A stretch of DNA of 61,707 nt, counting the filler, from Circinaria calcarea (taxonomy: Eukaryota): NCBI GenBank assembly GCA_051942165.1. It is 19 parts of 19 records of this genome, joined end to end, with 100 filler letters (N's around TTAATTAATTAA, not from the genome) between each part and the next. Parts side by side here need not be neighbours in the genome. Positions count along the whole stretch, not along the records: positions 35,838 to 38,986 come from JAVECS010003011.1; positions 39,087 to 42,235 come from JAVECS010003012.1; positions 42,336 to 45,484 come from JAVECS010003013.1; positions 45,585 to 48,732 come from JAVECS010003014.1; positions 48,833 to 51,978 come from JAVECS010003015.1; 14 more parts are not named here. One strand, given 5' to 3'. The notes below the pieces were generated by a model. That model did no database searches and was not told the origin of the DNA. It saw only the letters and a program-made list of their open reading frames with translations. This document shows, piece by piece, positions 36,371 to 50,138 of this stretch (position 1 is its first letter; every line of letters starts with the position of its first letter). A program made the translations under genes and the position numbers.

Positions 36371-39086
36371 TGGTAGGAAAGTGCTGGCCAACCAAGCACT
36401 GCAAAACATCATGGTTGATAGTATTGACTCAGAAAACCAGGTTGATAGAAATTCAAACAGCGCTTGCAGCGTTTGAATGGATTCCGCAGACGTGGGGTTG
36501 CCTAAGTTGAGGATGCCGGAGAAGGGACAACGAGCGGTGTCTTTTGCATGTGTTGTTCGTCCGAGACATCTTTAAGGCCTCGCTCGTCATCACTAACCTT
36601 GCAGAAATTGATACCACGGATATGGGGGATTGCGTTTCCTATAACTGACCGCGTCCACCAAATTATCCTAACAAGCCAACATCGATACCCTTTACGGCTC
36701 TATTTATACTTCAGGAAATCAGCACCAAACTAGCAATATGCATAAGGCTTTCAGAACAACATTTTTGTCTGATCTCTCTCAAAACATGGACAGTTTAAGA
36801 TTTTCTATATCTATAAAGCGAGCATATCAGATGCTAATCTGCCAATGCAACTAAGAAGCTGATAAGATACGGCTTAGCTGCCTGAAGCAACAGCAATCCT
36901 TTTCGGTGTTGACAGTTACAGCGAGCACGGAAACGGGATTGAGCATAGTCAACAAAGATCCCAACCTTGTATCTTGGGAACAAAAACTGTGACGACTAAT
37001 TGTGGAGTACGTGTACGGCAAAGGACATCAACCGCGGAACTAAAAACCTATGGCCATCCTGAGAAGTTTCCAATTCAGGTAAAAAAGAGTCATGTCCATA
37101 TCGACGCCTCCAGCAACCACACTTTATTCTTGGTTGAATCTTCGACGTCAAGCCCCTTTATTCTGCGTGTGATCTCGTCCAGCAAGACGACTACCCGCAT
37201 ACCATGGCTCCTCCTGCGGCGTCTCCGCAAGCCAGGCTCGCATCGCAGCACTACCTCCTTTATGGTCTTGATAGCCCCAAACCTGTTGGCGGCGGCCGTC
37301 ATCATCAGGCGCTGGAGGATGTTGCTCGTTGGCAGTGTACTGCGAGAGCGTACGTGTCAGTGCTTAGACTCGGGTACTACATTGGATCACGATGTTGAGA
37401 AGGAGTTTTACTTACCGAAGCATGCTGTGTGGATTTACTGGAGGGCGTTTTAGGGGTAGGTGCCTTTGGGTGCTGCTGGTCGGAGCCTTCAGCCATAGTT
37501 GAAGACTGTACGGAGAAGAGTAATGTTTAGGAAAGTGGCAACTGCTGCTATGAGGCTGCTTGAAGACAGTGGGCAGTTGTCTCACAAAGCTAGGAATTTG
37601 AAAAAGGCGTGACCAGGAAAAATCACTGTGGACCAAGAGTCGAGTCTGCTGCAAGAGGTGTGGACATGAGAAAGCAAAGATGGGCGGACAACCACGGGTC
37701 ATCTTTTGTAGACTTTGGGGCCTGTACCTTTGTACGGTAATCTGAAATCTAATCGACAAAATTTGCTAAGAAATCTGCCAAGAGAGCGTAAATGAGGATG
37801 AGGTTGTCACCCGCGTGTCAGTGCGACTGTCGCTTAAACTTGGCATATGCTGCTTTTGTGAATGTACCCTGCCTCGTAGGTATGAGGAAGTTAGCTGTCT
37901 GGGGGTATCGGTGTCAGCCTTGCGCACATTATAAACTGCTTACCAAATTCAGCGAAACGCGCTACCTGTCGGATGTGACTGTAGCCTGCTGCACACCATT
38001 CTTCAAAGCCCGTTAATTGGGCTTCGGATCCGGTCCCGATCTCGGTCTAAGGTGGCAATCATATCAAAGCCAACCGGGATCCTTCTTGGGTGATCTCTCA
38101 CGTCCTTGCCGACGCGTATTTTGGGGAAGGGTTGCAATGCGCTTATGGCTCTCATGTCAAGGATGACAGAGGGACTCGATTTTGCCTTGAACAAGGAGTC
38201 TCATGACTCTTTTTGGTGAAACGGTCCTACGTAAACTAAGGTGGCGACTCTGCTATGGATCATAAAAGGCAATTGTAAGGCAATCGTAAGGCAATCGTAA
38301 AGGCTTAAGTGGGTGCAGGATTTAATCGGGATTGCGTGAGCCTCGATGAAGCCATATCTGTGCTGTGACAGCTACAGTACGGCATAAGCAGGCATGTTGA
38401 CAGAGAGGCTAGCCCTTAGTGTCGGCACCCAAAACGGCACTAGTGGTGCGCGGTGGAAATCAATGGGGGTATGGTAATGTGGGGAGTTTGATTCGAGCAA
38501 ATCAGGATCCACCTAAACCTGAGCAACTGCTGAACCGGTAGCTGAGGATGTAACGTCCGCATTTGCCACGATGGTGGGAACGGCCCGATGCAGAAGGTAG
38601 CTTTTTGAGGGTAAGCTACATATCGTGCTATCGACGCTCTAAACCTATAGATGGTACACCTTATGCACCGAAAAAAGGCGTCTCTCCATATACATAACAA
38701 GCATGACACTAGTCTCTGACACCATATGACAAAGTTCGCAAAAGGGATCAAGCAGTTTGAAAGAAGCAGTTCGGATTGCGGAGGGCCTGGGTAGGGTGGG
38801 TGGCAAGCCAGGATGGGCTGCTAGAGACTGCAGAGCGAAAGTAGGCTGAGGATGGAATCCTTTTTGTGCTACCAAAGGACAAGTGGCAATGGCAGTGTAC
38901 CAAGTTAACTCGAGTCGGACATGGTCAATATTGTAATTACCGTCGTGTTAATAATGTTCAATGTATCTACTCTACATGAGCATGTCNNNNNNNNNNNNNN
39001 NNNNNNNNNNNNNNNNNNNNNNNNNNNNNNTTAATTAATTAANNNNNNNNNNNNNNNNNNNNNNNNNNNNNNNNNNNNNNNNNNNN

Positions 39087-39550
39087 ATGCAAATGGCGAC
39101 ATCGGAACGGGTGCTTCGGATGTATGAATGGACTCCTAATTATTGATGAGTCCAAGCTCCTTGACCCTCACGGGATCATTTTTACCATTAGGAGGCATAG
39201 TCCTCGAAGCTGCGGCCAGCATGGCTCCGAGACTCTAAGGACTGCAAAGATGATGATGAAAGTTTTGCCTCCTAGGCGAGAGCTAGATGATAGTTCTCCT
39301 GACTCTAGGGCGTCTACCAGATCCGCCACATCGTCTGCTGGTAAATGTGGCGTTGTATTGATCATCTGCCTGACTGCGTTGTCAAGTATAGGAGGGATAC
39401 TCAAAGGTAGCCATTAGCGACGTCGATTTAGGATGGATGCTAAGCATACTTGATCTGACCAGTAGATGGCCCAGCGTTGCGAAGCAGCGCTGCTAGTTGC
39501 TGGAGAGGAGATTCAAGACCATTGCGTGGTAGAATGGAAACGTCTGCCAT
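39087..39550 (-). CDS. Probable N-terminus of a spliced hypothetical protein (3'-truncated)
   Basis: ATG at 39550 (MADVSILPRNGLESPLQQLAALL), GTATGC donor near 39448 with a GCTAAT branch site, then an open exon (IPPILDNAVRQMIN...). The acceptors are uncertain. Confidence 0.4.
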
Positions 39551-40891
39551 GACGTGAAATAACTTCAGTAGCAGACTAAAGAAGAGTCTACAAAGGAGAG
39601 GAACGAATAACAAAGTGATGAGAGAGAGGCTGCCACCGCGAAGCTTAGACGTTGTGGCAGCCACGCAGAAGGAGATGGACAGCTGCCGTAGATTGGAATG
39701 GGAATAGCGTGTCGGCATCGGACGGTAGGGTACCCATGCTAGCATCTGTCGAAGCCCTAACGTGGTAAATCGTAATGGGATGGTGAAGAAAAAGGAGGGT
39801 TTTCATGACAAAATGTAAACCAAATTCGAGGCATACCTGCGGTTACATCTTGGGTTGACCATCACTATATGAAGAGATGCATACATGACTCTTTCTCATC
39901 GTCACTTGTGCCGTAGCCCGCTTTGAGCTCGACTGGCAATTTTAGGCCTCCGCTTAACATGTAAGGTGAATTATTTGGAGAGCAGAATCACCCCACGATA
40001 TGCTCAAGACTTCAATGGACCTCAAGTATGAAGTTCAACCTATGACGCTGCCACATTTGGTTCACTTTCTGATTTTGAATTAGGCTGCTTCATCGGAATA
40101 CCCACTACCTCCTGGGGTTGGTTGTGGGCACTGTTAGCACCACCGAAAGGCATTTTGTCAAACGGTGCAATACCCATCCGTGCTGGCACTGACCAGCTTG
40201 GAGGTCTTCTAGCTCAGTAGACCGCCTCTAACTTTTCCTTTAGCATGGACATGCGGGTACCATTTGCGCCGACTTGCAGACATCCCGTGGACAGAGACGC
40301 AGAGGCAAGAGCAGAGTCACCTCAGCAAATAGGGAAAGTTTAACAAATCTCTTTAGACCAATAGGACTACTCCCAATACTAACCATAGATTAAGGCTTTG
40401 TTTGATGGACCGCGAGGTCTGGCTTCGTGCTGGTAAAGGATTGAGTAGAATAGTTGTAGTGTGGGGATTGGATGGTAGCGGTTATGAAAAAGCATCTTCG
40501 CGGCAGAAGGCTAGCACCTCCAAACGCATCTGAGGAAATGTTCGAGGCGGCAAAAAATCTCTACATTCTTGAGATCGAGTAGGGTATGAAAGACCCGCAA
40601 TCGCCGCAACTTACGCGACTCATCTACAAGGCTCCACGATACCTTCGCATACTTATACGACACTGGAGTACTCCGTTATGTACAATTGCTTGCGCCGTTG
40701 TTTGTGCCGTCTTCCGTGCAAATTATGTGCAGAAGCAACAGCAGCATAATCTTGAAAGGAGGCTCTCTACAATAATATCATGCCCGTTTCTCGTTGTCAT
40801 CAAAGCTGCTCAGTCCCATCATTCTATAGAAGGGGATAACAACCATTTTCTCTAGAACACTCTTTCTAGTCTACTCCAAGTTTCCCACAAG

Positions 40892-41571
40892 ATGCACCCC
40901 TACAACCCTTCGGTCATTTTCAGTGCACTAGTTGTTTTGGCCGACCTTTGCCAAAGCATTCCAATTACAGCGCCCACGGAAGGGCTGCCTCACACGGTGA
41001 TAGCACGCGGCAGGGGTGATCCCGCAGAATGGGCTCCAGACCAACCCGTGTGTGATAATGCTCCAAATACGCTGGTCGGAACGTAAGTTGAATCATATTC
41101 CTCTGTTTAAAGCAGCATTTGACGGTCGTTCTAACATCCAGGATGTTACACCGCCGCACTTTCGATATCCTGGATCCCCCGACTCATAACCTGGTACCCC
41201 GCAAAAGCACCGAGACGATCCGCTGGTGTGAGCCAGGTACCCAAACATATATTATATTGACCATGCTACATTCCTTTCCCCGAATTCCAATGCTCGACAT
41301 TCTCGACAAATCAATCGGTCTGGCACGGCAACATGCACACTTCATCGGCGAGGTAATACCCGCTGGCAGATTCACCTATGTTGGAGATGGCGCTCTTTTA
41401 GTCCACATACGGAGTTCCCCGCATCATCAGTTAACCTACGAGGTCACCGCGGCAGCTCTTTCAGCCTTGAGGGCTTACATGCTCGGTCATAACTTTGCAG
41501 CGGCAACTTTCTGGATCTATGATGGCAGTCGTGAGGTCGGTGGAGGCTTGATTGGTGATTATGGTAATTAG
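40892..41571 (+). CDS. Small secreted protein of unknown function; intron 41083-41141
   Basis: Signal peptide (SVIFSALVVLADLCQS|IP). A GTAAGT...CTAAC...CAG intron joins two ORFs in frame. C-terminal pattern LTY......L.AL..YM.......F.I.......GGG.I. Confidence 0.8.
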
Positions 41572-41989
41572 GTGAGGCTTAGGGGACGATGCCCTTTATT
41601 GGGGTCCGTTTTTGATCATCTCCGGCTGCGGGGCGTTTGACAGACTATAGAAACAGTAGATCTGTCATCTAGCTCTATTTGCCTTGGAGACAAGTAACAC
41701 GTTGATGGATAAGCAGAAGTTATTTTTGGGAAGGCTTTACAAACCATCCGGAAGTGGAACATTCCCTACCCGAGCCGGAGGGATATGAAGAGGACCTTTC
41801 CACCCTTTCCTCGATTATGAGTGCCTACGTCCCATAATTTGTACATATAGATATAGAATGATAAAAGTCCTTGCGGATACTCGATAATTTCTAACCTGTA
41901 CTTATCAACGCCCTTCCAACCCTCATTGTCATCTAGTCATCTTTGAACAAGAAGTTCTGAATCGCAGGCATACAAACCGGAAACCCATC

Positions 41990-42235
41990 ATGTCCTCCCA
42001 ATCCCAATCCGATAGTACCTCTCCAAAAGCAACAACGTGCGCGCAACGAGCCATCACAGCATTGAAAAAGTTCCAAGTCCTCAGGTCCACCGAACCGACA
42101 CCCACCAACATTCCTACACCGCACATCCCCCTCCCACGCACCTCCCAAGAGAGAATCAATCAAGCACTCTCCCCCTCCCCCCTCCCGACCGATAACCCCA
42201 CCCTCCCAGCGCCCACGACAGTCCTCTACCTCGCC
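41990..42235 (+). CDS. Probable gamma-glutamylcyclotransferase (GliK-like) N-terminus, truncated
   Basis: The ORF breaks at TVLYLA, which in this family normally continues YGSN. The diagnostic residues fall in the gap. Confidence 0.5.
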
Positions 42236-43973
42236 NNNNNNNNNNNNNNNNNNNNNNNNNNNNNNNNNNNNNNNNNNNNTTAATTAATTAANNNNNNNNN
42301 NNNNNNNNNNNNNNNNNNNNNNNNNNNNNNNNNNNATCCATGCAGACTGTCACACCCATACACGGACACGTCAGCGTCCTCCATACCCCAAAGGAGCCAA
42401 ACAGTGTGAAAGGAGGTGCCAACCCACAGGCAGAGCGGCAGCGATAGGGTTCTCCATCGAATCAGATTCCACCAAGGAACCGTGGCCCACGCATGGATTA
42501 CCAGTATTGTGGAGTCGAGGATACCCACTTGATAACACATTCGGGGTCATGCGTCACTAGATTCCCACCTCTTTTTGTCACATAAACCGCTGATCCCCCA
42601 TCAGTGGCCATCTACATCTCCTTCCATCGCTTTACTGCCAGCGTTGTTTTGTAACTACTCGCCCGAAACCTTACTCGAATATACTTTTCCAAGTCACAGG
42701 TCTTCTGCGAGAGACTGATTGCTACATACTATTTCGACATTCCTGCTGTAGGCCGCTTGGATTTCCCGCTCAGGATTCTAACCTCGTCAACACGCTATTC
42801 GCACATTTTCCAGGGGACCATTCCATTCAGAAGGCATTAACTCTGCAATCCACTTGTATCTCGGAAAGGTTGAGCACCAGCTCTTACCTTCAGGACCAAC
42901 TATGAGGTATTACCCTTTGTCCCTTTCAAGCATGATATTTCACCTTTCCTACTGTTCATCCGATTTGTTTCCTTGTTTCTGTTTCTCTTCTGCGCCCAGG
43001 AACCTTTCCTTTTACCACGGATATCCAGAGGACAACGGAGAGATTACTGGTCCTTGTTTCCTAGAAATCGTTTTACGCTGGTCACAGAGTCGGACGGTCT
43101 GTCAAGTTTAATCTGGCAGAGAGTACTTTGAGTGGCCCGTTACCATATAAGAACATGGACAAACAAGCTGTGCTATCCAGACTCTTGAGGATTCTTTCTG
43201 GACTTGGCCATCCCAAGTGGAACAATATATAGGATCAGCTCATGTTGCAGCACGACTGAAAAGACCCTTACCCAACTTGACTGGTATCCCCTGGAGCATT
43301 TGCGGCAACGCTGTACTGGATGTACAACTGACCAATTCCGAAATGTGATGGTCATCTACATGATTCATCCAGCTTACGCCATTAGCAGTCCTGGTTTCAC
43401 AAGGACTTCGAGATCTCCAAAGATCATTTACTGCATAAAGTCTCTGACTTTCGTTACCCTTTGCAAATGAATTTGCTCCACCTCTTGACCAGGAACATGC
43501 CTACTATCCTACCAGGTAATATGTCGCTTGGACAACGCTGTCGCTAGGAGTTTGTACATCAAGGCTACTAAAGACCGGAATACCTGCCAGCTTTTCCGTT
43601 CATTAAAATCGCTTCCCGTACCTGGCTCCAGGAGTGTAGCGCTGCTATCTTGACCACTGATATTTGGAACCGGCCTGGCCTCACTGTGATAAAACTATCT
43701 GCGGATGACCGGAGTCTAATCAATCTTTCTGAGCATCTTCTGCCACATCTATTTCTCATTCATATGGTATGGACATCCATCAGGAACTATCTAGCGATCA
43801 CACTAACAAAGTCTTTAGTTTCTCATCTTACCTATTTCTGGATCTTATATTTTTGTGCTTACGATTATCTGCATGGCTTTGCTTTATGGAAAGAGAGTGG
43901 TATTTTGCATGAACTAATTTATGTCTTTAGCTACCCCCAAGTTATCTCGTCTTCTCAAGGGTTTCCTTCTGCC

Positions 43974-45484
43974 ATGGCTCCCAGGAAAAAGAATGTCCCC
44001 TTCAGCAAGAACGTCCCTGGCGATGGTCCTACAGGCAATCAAAGCTGGGATGTCTTATCTCCGTCTAGTGATCATAATCTGGTTCCAGTATGTCAAGGCC
44101 CTTGCCAAGCACATGTCAGCCTACGGAATGGTACTTGTAAAGGAGACATGGACCACAGGACATATTCCAATGATCGAAGCCAAGTCCGTAGATGGGCGGC
44201 GACCAGTGCCACTGGTTCGCAATCACCTACGAACAACAATTTTCATCTCGTTCCCGGTTCCAGCCAAAGTTATGAAATCTCCAATAGTGGGCCTACTCTT
44301 CCGCATCATGCTACTGCCTTGCAATCTGTTTCTGAACTTTCTCTGCCAAACCGCAGCAGGACTTTTGATTTCTCTCGTCAGGATATAATGTGCACCACCA
44401 ATGCCGGAGACACCTTGGCAATGCCCACATGTGCTACAACTCTCCCGCTGGATTCGGATTTCAATGATTATGGATTTTCTGCCGAAGAAAGCTTTGACTG
44501 TAACGCTTGGGCTACAGCTGAAGCACAGTCATATAATATCCCAGACTCTGTTGAAATGATGTATACCACGTCTGCAGAATTCCATCAGGAGATGTCCATA
44601 AACCATGGTGAGGATCCGCGGCTTCATACCCTCTGGATCGAAGATCAAACTATACAACAAGGACGTAACCATGGTGGAGTTTTGCCGTATACCTCCGGAC
44701 AGATGCCGTTGTCTCCTCTCTCGGCTGTTCCTATGGACCCATCAGTTTCGTCATACTCACAGAACAGTTTTTATCCTGCTTACACTGGCTCCCCAATATC
44801 TTCCACTGCCCATGAGGAGCTGCCTTGCCTTGACCCAACCGGAATTACCGATGAGGATTACAACCTCTCAACCCTGAAGCTGGAAGGAACATTCCGTCTT
44901 CCGATGTCATATCAGTATGACGCACAGTTGGATATGACAAAGTAGGTTTCATGACTCTCGGCTCGTTTGAACAATCTAACCATGACATCAGAACTTTAAA
45001 ACCTCAACAAGAATTCCAGCGGATGCCTTTGTCTAATGTTCCTATTTGGCCCTCTGAAGGATCTGGCCAACAAGCCGTGGCCGTTGCTTGTGGTGATGCA
45101 TTTGTGCAGCGTCGCTTAAGTGGAGATGGAGATATGTCTACCGCCCGTCATAATGAACTCTACCAAGTGGGTCCACAGGAAGATGGCCTTTATCACTGCC
45201 CCTTTGAAATTACGGAAGGATGTACACACAAGGCTGAAAAACTAAAGTGCAATTACGAGTGAGAGATGTGCAGATATGCCTTGACCGTAAATAGCTAATC
45301 ACGTTTGTTTAGCAAACACCTGGATTCCCATCTCAAGCCGTACCGATGCAAGGTCTATTCCTGTGTTTCCGTACCTTTTTCGTCGACAGCCTGTCTACTC
45401 CGCCATGAGCGAGAAGCCCACGGAATGCACGGCCATGGGGAGAAGCCGTATCTTTGTACCTACGAGGACTGTGATAGATCCACT
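43974..45484 (+). CDS. C2H2 zinc-finger transcription factor, 3'-truncated; introns 44942-44991 and 45259-45312; start codon uncertain
   Basis: Tandem fingers DGLYHCPF...GCTHK.EKLKCNY|DKHLDSHLKPYRCK...C...FSSTACLLRHEREAHGMHGHGEKPYLCTYEDCDRS after a long low-complexity N-terminus. Confidence 0.88.
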
Positions 45485-45584
45485 NNNNNNNNNNNNNNNN
45501 NNNNNNNNNNNNNNNNNNNNNNNNNNNNTTAATTAATTAANNNNNNNNNNNNNNNNNNNNNNNNNNNNNNNNNNNNNNNNNNNN

Positions 45585-46352
45585 CTCAAGATTACTCCCA
45601 CGAGTCTCCAAACTGGCACTGTTCGCTCTTGCCCATGCAATGGCGGGAAGTAAGTTCTTCCTATTCCTGAGTTGGTCAAGTATGTAGTACATGGTTGCAA
45701 ATTGTCTGCGTAGATCCTCAGAGCCAAGCGGCTTCACCGCCGTCTCCTGACCTACGCCAGGCCCGCGAATGAGGTCCACTGGTTCGGACGATGTCTTTTT
45801 GGTAGATCCTGTCATGGCCTCAGCTAAAAAAGCAGAGGCAACAGCAAATTGGCCCTCCCTTAGTAGGTGCATGCCGATGGCGCGGTCGATCGAGGACTGC
45901 TGAGACGACAGGGCATCATACTCCGTGGTTGGTAGTGGTCTGTCTTTGAATTTCTAGATTGCCCTGGAATTAGTAGGGTGAAGTAAATATTAAGAATGGG
46001 CGCCTGACCCTATCTAATGCCTTCGAATAATTCCCAAGACCCTTGTAAACCTCCTTAAGGTCGTTGTTGACGCCATCGAAGGACTGTCTAACGGGGTTCT
46101 GGAGCTTGGCAAGGGTGACGGTGGCAGATGCAGAGTCTAGAATGTATGCCAGGTTAGACCACTGTCGTCGATTACTCCCTGCAGGTGTCTGAAAAAAAGT
46201 CAAGGACCTGTCCAGGAAGATGCTGACCTACTCGAAGCGATAGAATCCCGTGCACTCGAGAGTAAATCGATGATAATTTGAACGTCCTGCAGACTCTTGG
46301 TGAGGTTACTTTTGCGCGATAGCTTCTCTAGGTCTTGCACGAGGGAATCCAT
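45585..46352 (-). CDS. RMD5: GID complex RING subunit Rmd5/Gid2, 3'-truncated; introns 46137-46231 and 45954-46008
   Basis: TLAKLQNPV..SFD.VNNDLKEVY.GL..YSKALD.KFKD.PLP..EYDAL......I.RAI.MHLLREGQF.VA..FL.E and NLLPAI.WAR.NS..LE.RGSNLE. Confidence 0.88.
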
Positions 46353-47562
46353 CTAGCGCGAGTAGATACTGGTCCAACCAAAGCTAAGGTTACTTGACTG
46401 TATAATGACAGCGGAAGATAAGCCACAGCAAATGGACGGAAAGATGTAGCAGCCAAGGTACTACTACAACTGGGGTTGAAGATGTCGTTTAGGATCACAG
46501 AGTGGCGGTATGATTTTCAAAACAGTGTCCATTCTAAAAGTTGGATGAAGTGATGCGTGATTGCATCGTTCCACAGCGGGGTAAGATGCATTTGACATGG
46601 TCCACTCGCGCTACTGCCAATTACAGTAATCTTACACGAGCTCGGAAATAAATAATCGTCCTCCTTCATTTACTAGCTAGAATTTGGGGCTTTTAGAGGA
46701 AATCTATTGTAATCGGAGGTGATTAAGGTAAGCGCGGAACAATTGGGGCTTTAAGATTTTTGGTTAGAATTATGTTATGCTCGGGAGCACGGCACCGATG
46801 GGCTATGCCTGATACCATAAAGTACGGAGGGCAAGCTGGCAGGAAATGGGTATTGGCCCTTCTTTATTCATAACCATAATATAGCTCCGTTGTGGATGTA
46901 ATGGAGCTACCCACATAAAGCCAGGCGAGGTTTTGATCGGCTGGGAGCACTGTTATTCCGGGCTTACGGAGTACCTAACATCCTCCGAGCACAATATAAG
47001 AAATCTAAAAGCCTAGATAAAAGTTTCGACTGATTGATACCCTGCATATAAAGCGACCCACGCCTTAGCCTTATATAGCTCAACTATGGGTTTAGAATGA
47101 AGCTGTCTTATACTAATATACCCCTTCTAGCCAATTTAAAGGCATAAATCCTGTTTTAATATAGGTATAGAGTACGGACAGCTCGGACTAGAATACACAG
47201 GGGCCGTATTATGATTAATACTGACCCAGATCCCTGTTTTCTCACACAGAAACGGTCCGTGCAGTAAAATACCACCCTGGTGTATTCTAGCCCGAGCTTT
47301 CTGTACCCCTGTAGGTGGCCTGGCAGCAAGGGCTTTATCACATTAGGTTAAGGGCGCGGTGCCCAGCTTCCGAGCTCAACGACGTTCTAACCAAAAAAAT
47401 AAAACCCCTAATTGTTATGTCGACGCAGTCTTCGTACGAAAGCATATGGTACTGATAAAAAAAAAACCGGCGAATAGACAGTTCCACTCATCGCCCTTGA
47501 TTTTTATACTCGGAGCAGATTTCGTTCACCCCTGTATTGATACGATCCAAGAAGCAACCTCG

Positions 47563-47920
47563 ATGTCTTTCCTATTTGGGGGGGGCCGGCCCCAGATTTC
47601 GTCGGCGGAAAAGATATCAGCAGCTGAATCGGAGATAGAGATGGTATCTGACATGTTCAATCGGTAGGCATTCGCGGATGATTTTCGCGATAGCGAACAC
47701 AGAGTCTGACTCAGCCCGGTCCGTTAGGCTTACTCAATCATGCACCAAAAAATGCATACCACCCGACTACCGTGAAGGCGACCTGAACAAAGGAGAATCC
47801 GTTTGCCTCGATCGATGCGTATCCAAGTTCTTCGACGTCAATCTCAAGGTCAGCGAGAAAATGCAGAACGAAGCGGCCGGAAAGCAGAACCCTGCCGGAG
47901 GTATGGGCTTCGGAATGTGA
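47563..47920 (+). CDS. TIM10: Mitochondrial intermembrane-space chaperone Tim10; intron 47664-47727
   Basis: [43 protein letters not shown]...[18 protein letters not shown], with the twin CX3C motif. Confidence 0.96.
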
Positions 47921-48087
47921 AAGCAGGCTGTTTTGGGGTCGGCGGTCCCTGAGACTTACGGACGAGCCAAGTGGATGGCATATGATTTGGTGAGGTAAAT
48001 GTGACTACTTGTGGTCGAGAAAGAAGAAAGCCAGGCAAGGGCAGACAACGACCTATCATATCAACCCGTGGCAGCCTGTTGCTCAAG

Positions 48088-48128
48088 GCCATGGTGAACG
48101 CTGCGGCCATGGTGAACGCTGCGGCCAT
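48088..48128 (+). repeat. Perfect 18-bp tandem duplication (GCCATGGTGAACGCTGCG) x2.3
   Basis: Directly visible in the region between the converging TIM10 and 48279-48732 genes. Confidence 0.85.
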
Positions 48129-48278
48129 TGAGAACGGGTGGGACATATGTCTTCAATAGTAAACCGGTTCGCAAAAGACTACCGATGCTGAGAGCGGGTG
48201 ACTTGAAGTGCTGCCAAGCTGTTGATGGGGTATCATTGTGCAAGCTTACTTCTAAAAATTACAACTAAAGCCTCCGTC

Positions 48279-48732
48279 TCACCTTTCCTGTCCTGCGAAG
48301 ATGCTGAACAACCAGCTAAACCAGGGATCATCATCGGCCTTGTCTTCTTCGAGCTCCTTGGCCCGTGCCTCAATCTCCACGACCTGACGCTCCAACTCCG
48401 CTACTCCATCCTCGACGTCTTCCACCTTCGACGTCAGCGCGCTTAATTCATATTCTAATTTCGCCCCTAGACCCTCGATCCCTTTGACTGCCTCGGACAT
48501 CGACTTCATTTCCTCGATTATCAAATCTGTAGTAGCCCCCTGAAGGGAATTATATTCCTCCAATTGTTGGTGGTGAATCGTGCTTAAATCTCTATTCTCT
48601 CTGCTAGCGCGCAGATCAAGTGCTTCAACCTCGCGCAGTCTATTCTGCACCCATATGGCATCCTGCCCTCCGAGTTCCTGGACTTGTAGGGCCATTTTTG
48701 ACGTCTGCAGGAACAGGTATTGTTCGCAAACC
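48279..48732 (-). CDS. Coiled-coil hypothetical protein C-terminus (5'-truncated)
   Basis: Heptad-rich segment LGAKLEYELSALTSKVEDVEDGVAELERQVVEIEARAKELE and an amphipathic WFSWLF tail. The frame is open to the contig end. Confidence 0.7.
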
Positions 48733-48832
48733 NNNNNNNNNNNNNNNNNNNNNNNNNNNNNNNNNNNNNNNNNNNNTTAATTAATTAANNNNNNNNNNNN
48801 NNNNNNNNNNNNNNNNNNNNNNNNNNNNNNNN

Positions 48833-50138
48833 AGTAGTGGAAAGCTCCCGCATCAAGCGCATTTTGACCATGGTCTCGAATGTAGTATTTATCGTCAGAT
48901 TCGTTGGTCATCGAAACTGCGAAGCTTATATTTGGCGGCTGCATTTTCGGGTCTTGCAGACGTCCTCGACCAATGTAAATGGAGCCCATGGAATTTCCAC
49001 CAGTAATTTCGCCGGGCATGAAAAAGTTATCTTTGCCAACCCTGGCGGCGCAGTTCCGAATGTAATCACCGAAAGCTCCTTGCGCATCGACAGTAACCTG
49101 TGTTGCCTTGTCGAATCGGAATCCGTCAATGTCAAGCATTTGGATCATAATACAACTGTGGTGCTGGATTTTCTCGAGAACTGAAGGTACCCATTCACGG
49201 AGACGATCCTGGACTGAGGCGAACTTGGCCAGTTGACGCTGCCAATCGGGAAACACACCAAAAGCTTCAATGTCTCCAAACTGGTCGTACTCGGAATCGT
49301 AGCAACCTTTGAGTTGACTGGTCACATCCTCACCGACAGGATACCCAGTTTCGTTGTAAAACCGAGGATATGTGCAAGTCTCATTGTATGTATTTCCAGG
49401 ACTAAAGTCAAGATATTGCCGACTAGTCTTGTACCGGACCTTGTGCTCTTTCACGCTGAACGGCGTACTGGTATTGAGATAACCTTCGAACCCAAGAAGA
49501 TCACTCATGGTGGCCATAGTATTATCCATTAATAAATACATTCCACGCCTGTGAATCTCCGTAATCGCTTTCCGCCAGTCTTCGATAGTGCCAAAGTGAT
49601 GATCGAGCAGGGTAAGGTCAATGGGGGAATATCCTTTTCAAAAACACGTTAGTAACTTGGATCATAAATTCTCTCATATGCCCTACCGTCTGCGGCCCAT
49701 GGTAGATTAATGAAAGCAGATCCAGCTATGTATATCCCTTTGATCCCCATCCCTTGCAGGTAGTCCAAACTGTCAACCAGGCCCGTAATGTCTCCGCCAT
49801 GGCGTAATTGATTTGAGTGGTAATCGTGTTCAAACAGCGTCCCGTTTGCGTTATCTGTTAGGCCATCAGCAAAGATCGCGACACCAAAGACTGGGGCGAG
49901 CATTACCATTTTCGGGGTTGCCATTGACGAAACGGTCAAGGAAGAGTGTATAAAAAGGAAAACGCCAGTTCTTCGGCGATGGGTTGAACTCGTGGTTCTC
50001 CCATTTACCATCATAATCGACGGGATGGATAGCATCTTTGTTTTGGTTTAAGTTGTAGAGAACATACTCGGGGTCATATCGAAGAGCAAGCGCTGATGCT
50101 ACAAACGCTGCCAGAACAGCGCCCACGGCGCCACGCAT
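48833..50138 (-). CDS. AGS1: Alpha-1,3-glucan synthase, N-terminal extracellular GH13-like domain (3'-truncated); introns 49855-49906 and 49634-49686
   Basis: Signal peptide, then LRYDP...YNLNQN..A..P.DY.G.W.NH.F.PSP.NWRFPFYTLFLDRF.NG, RHGGD..GLVDSLDYLQGMG and LDIDGFRFDKATQ. Confidence 0.96.

Noticed and set aside
36548..38986. Short ORFs and a small AAGGCAATCGT-like tandem repeat after SEC8
   Set aside because: No transposase, reverse transcriptase or other protein motifs and no terminal repeats. Treated as intergenic.
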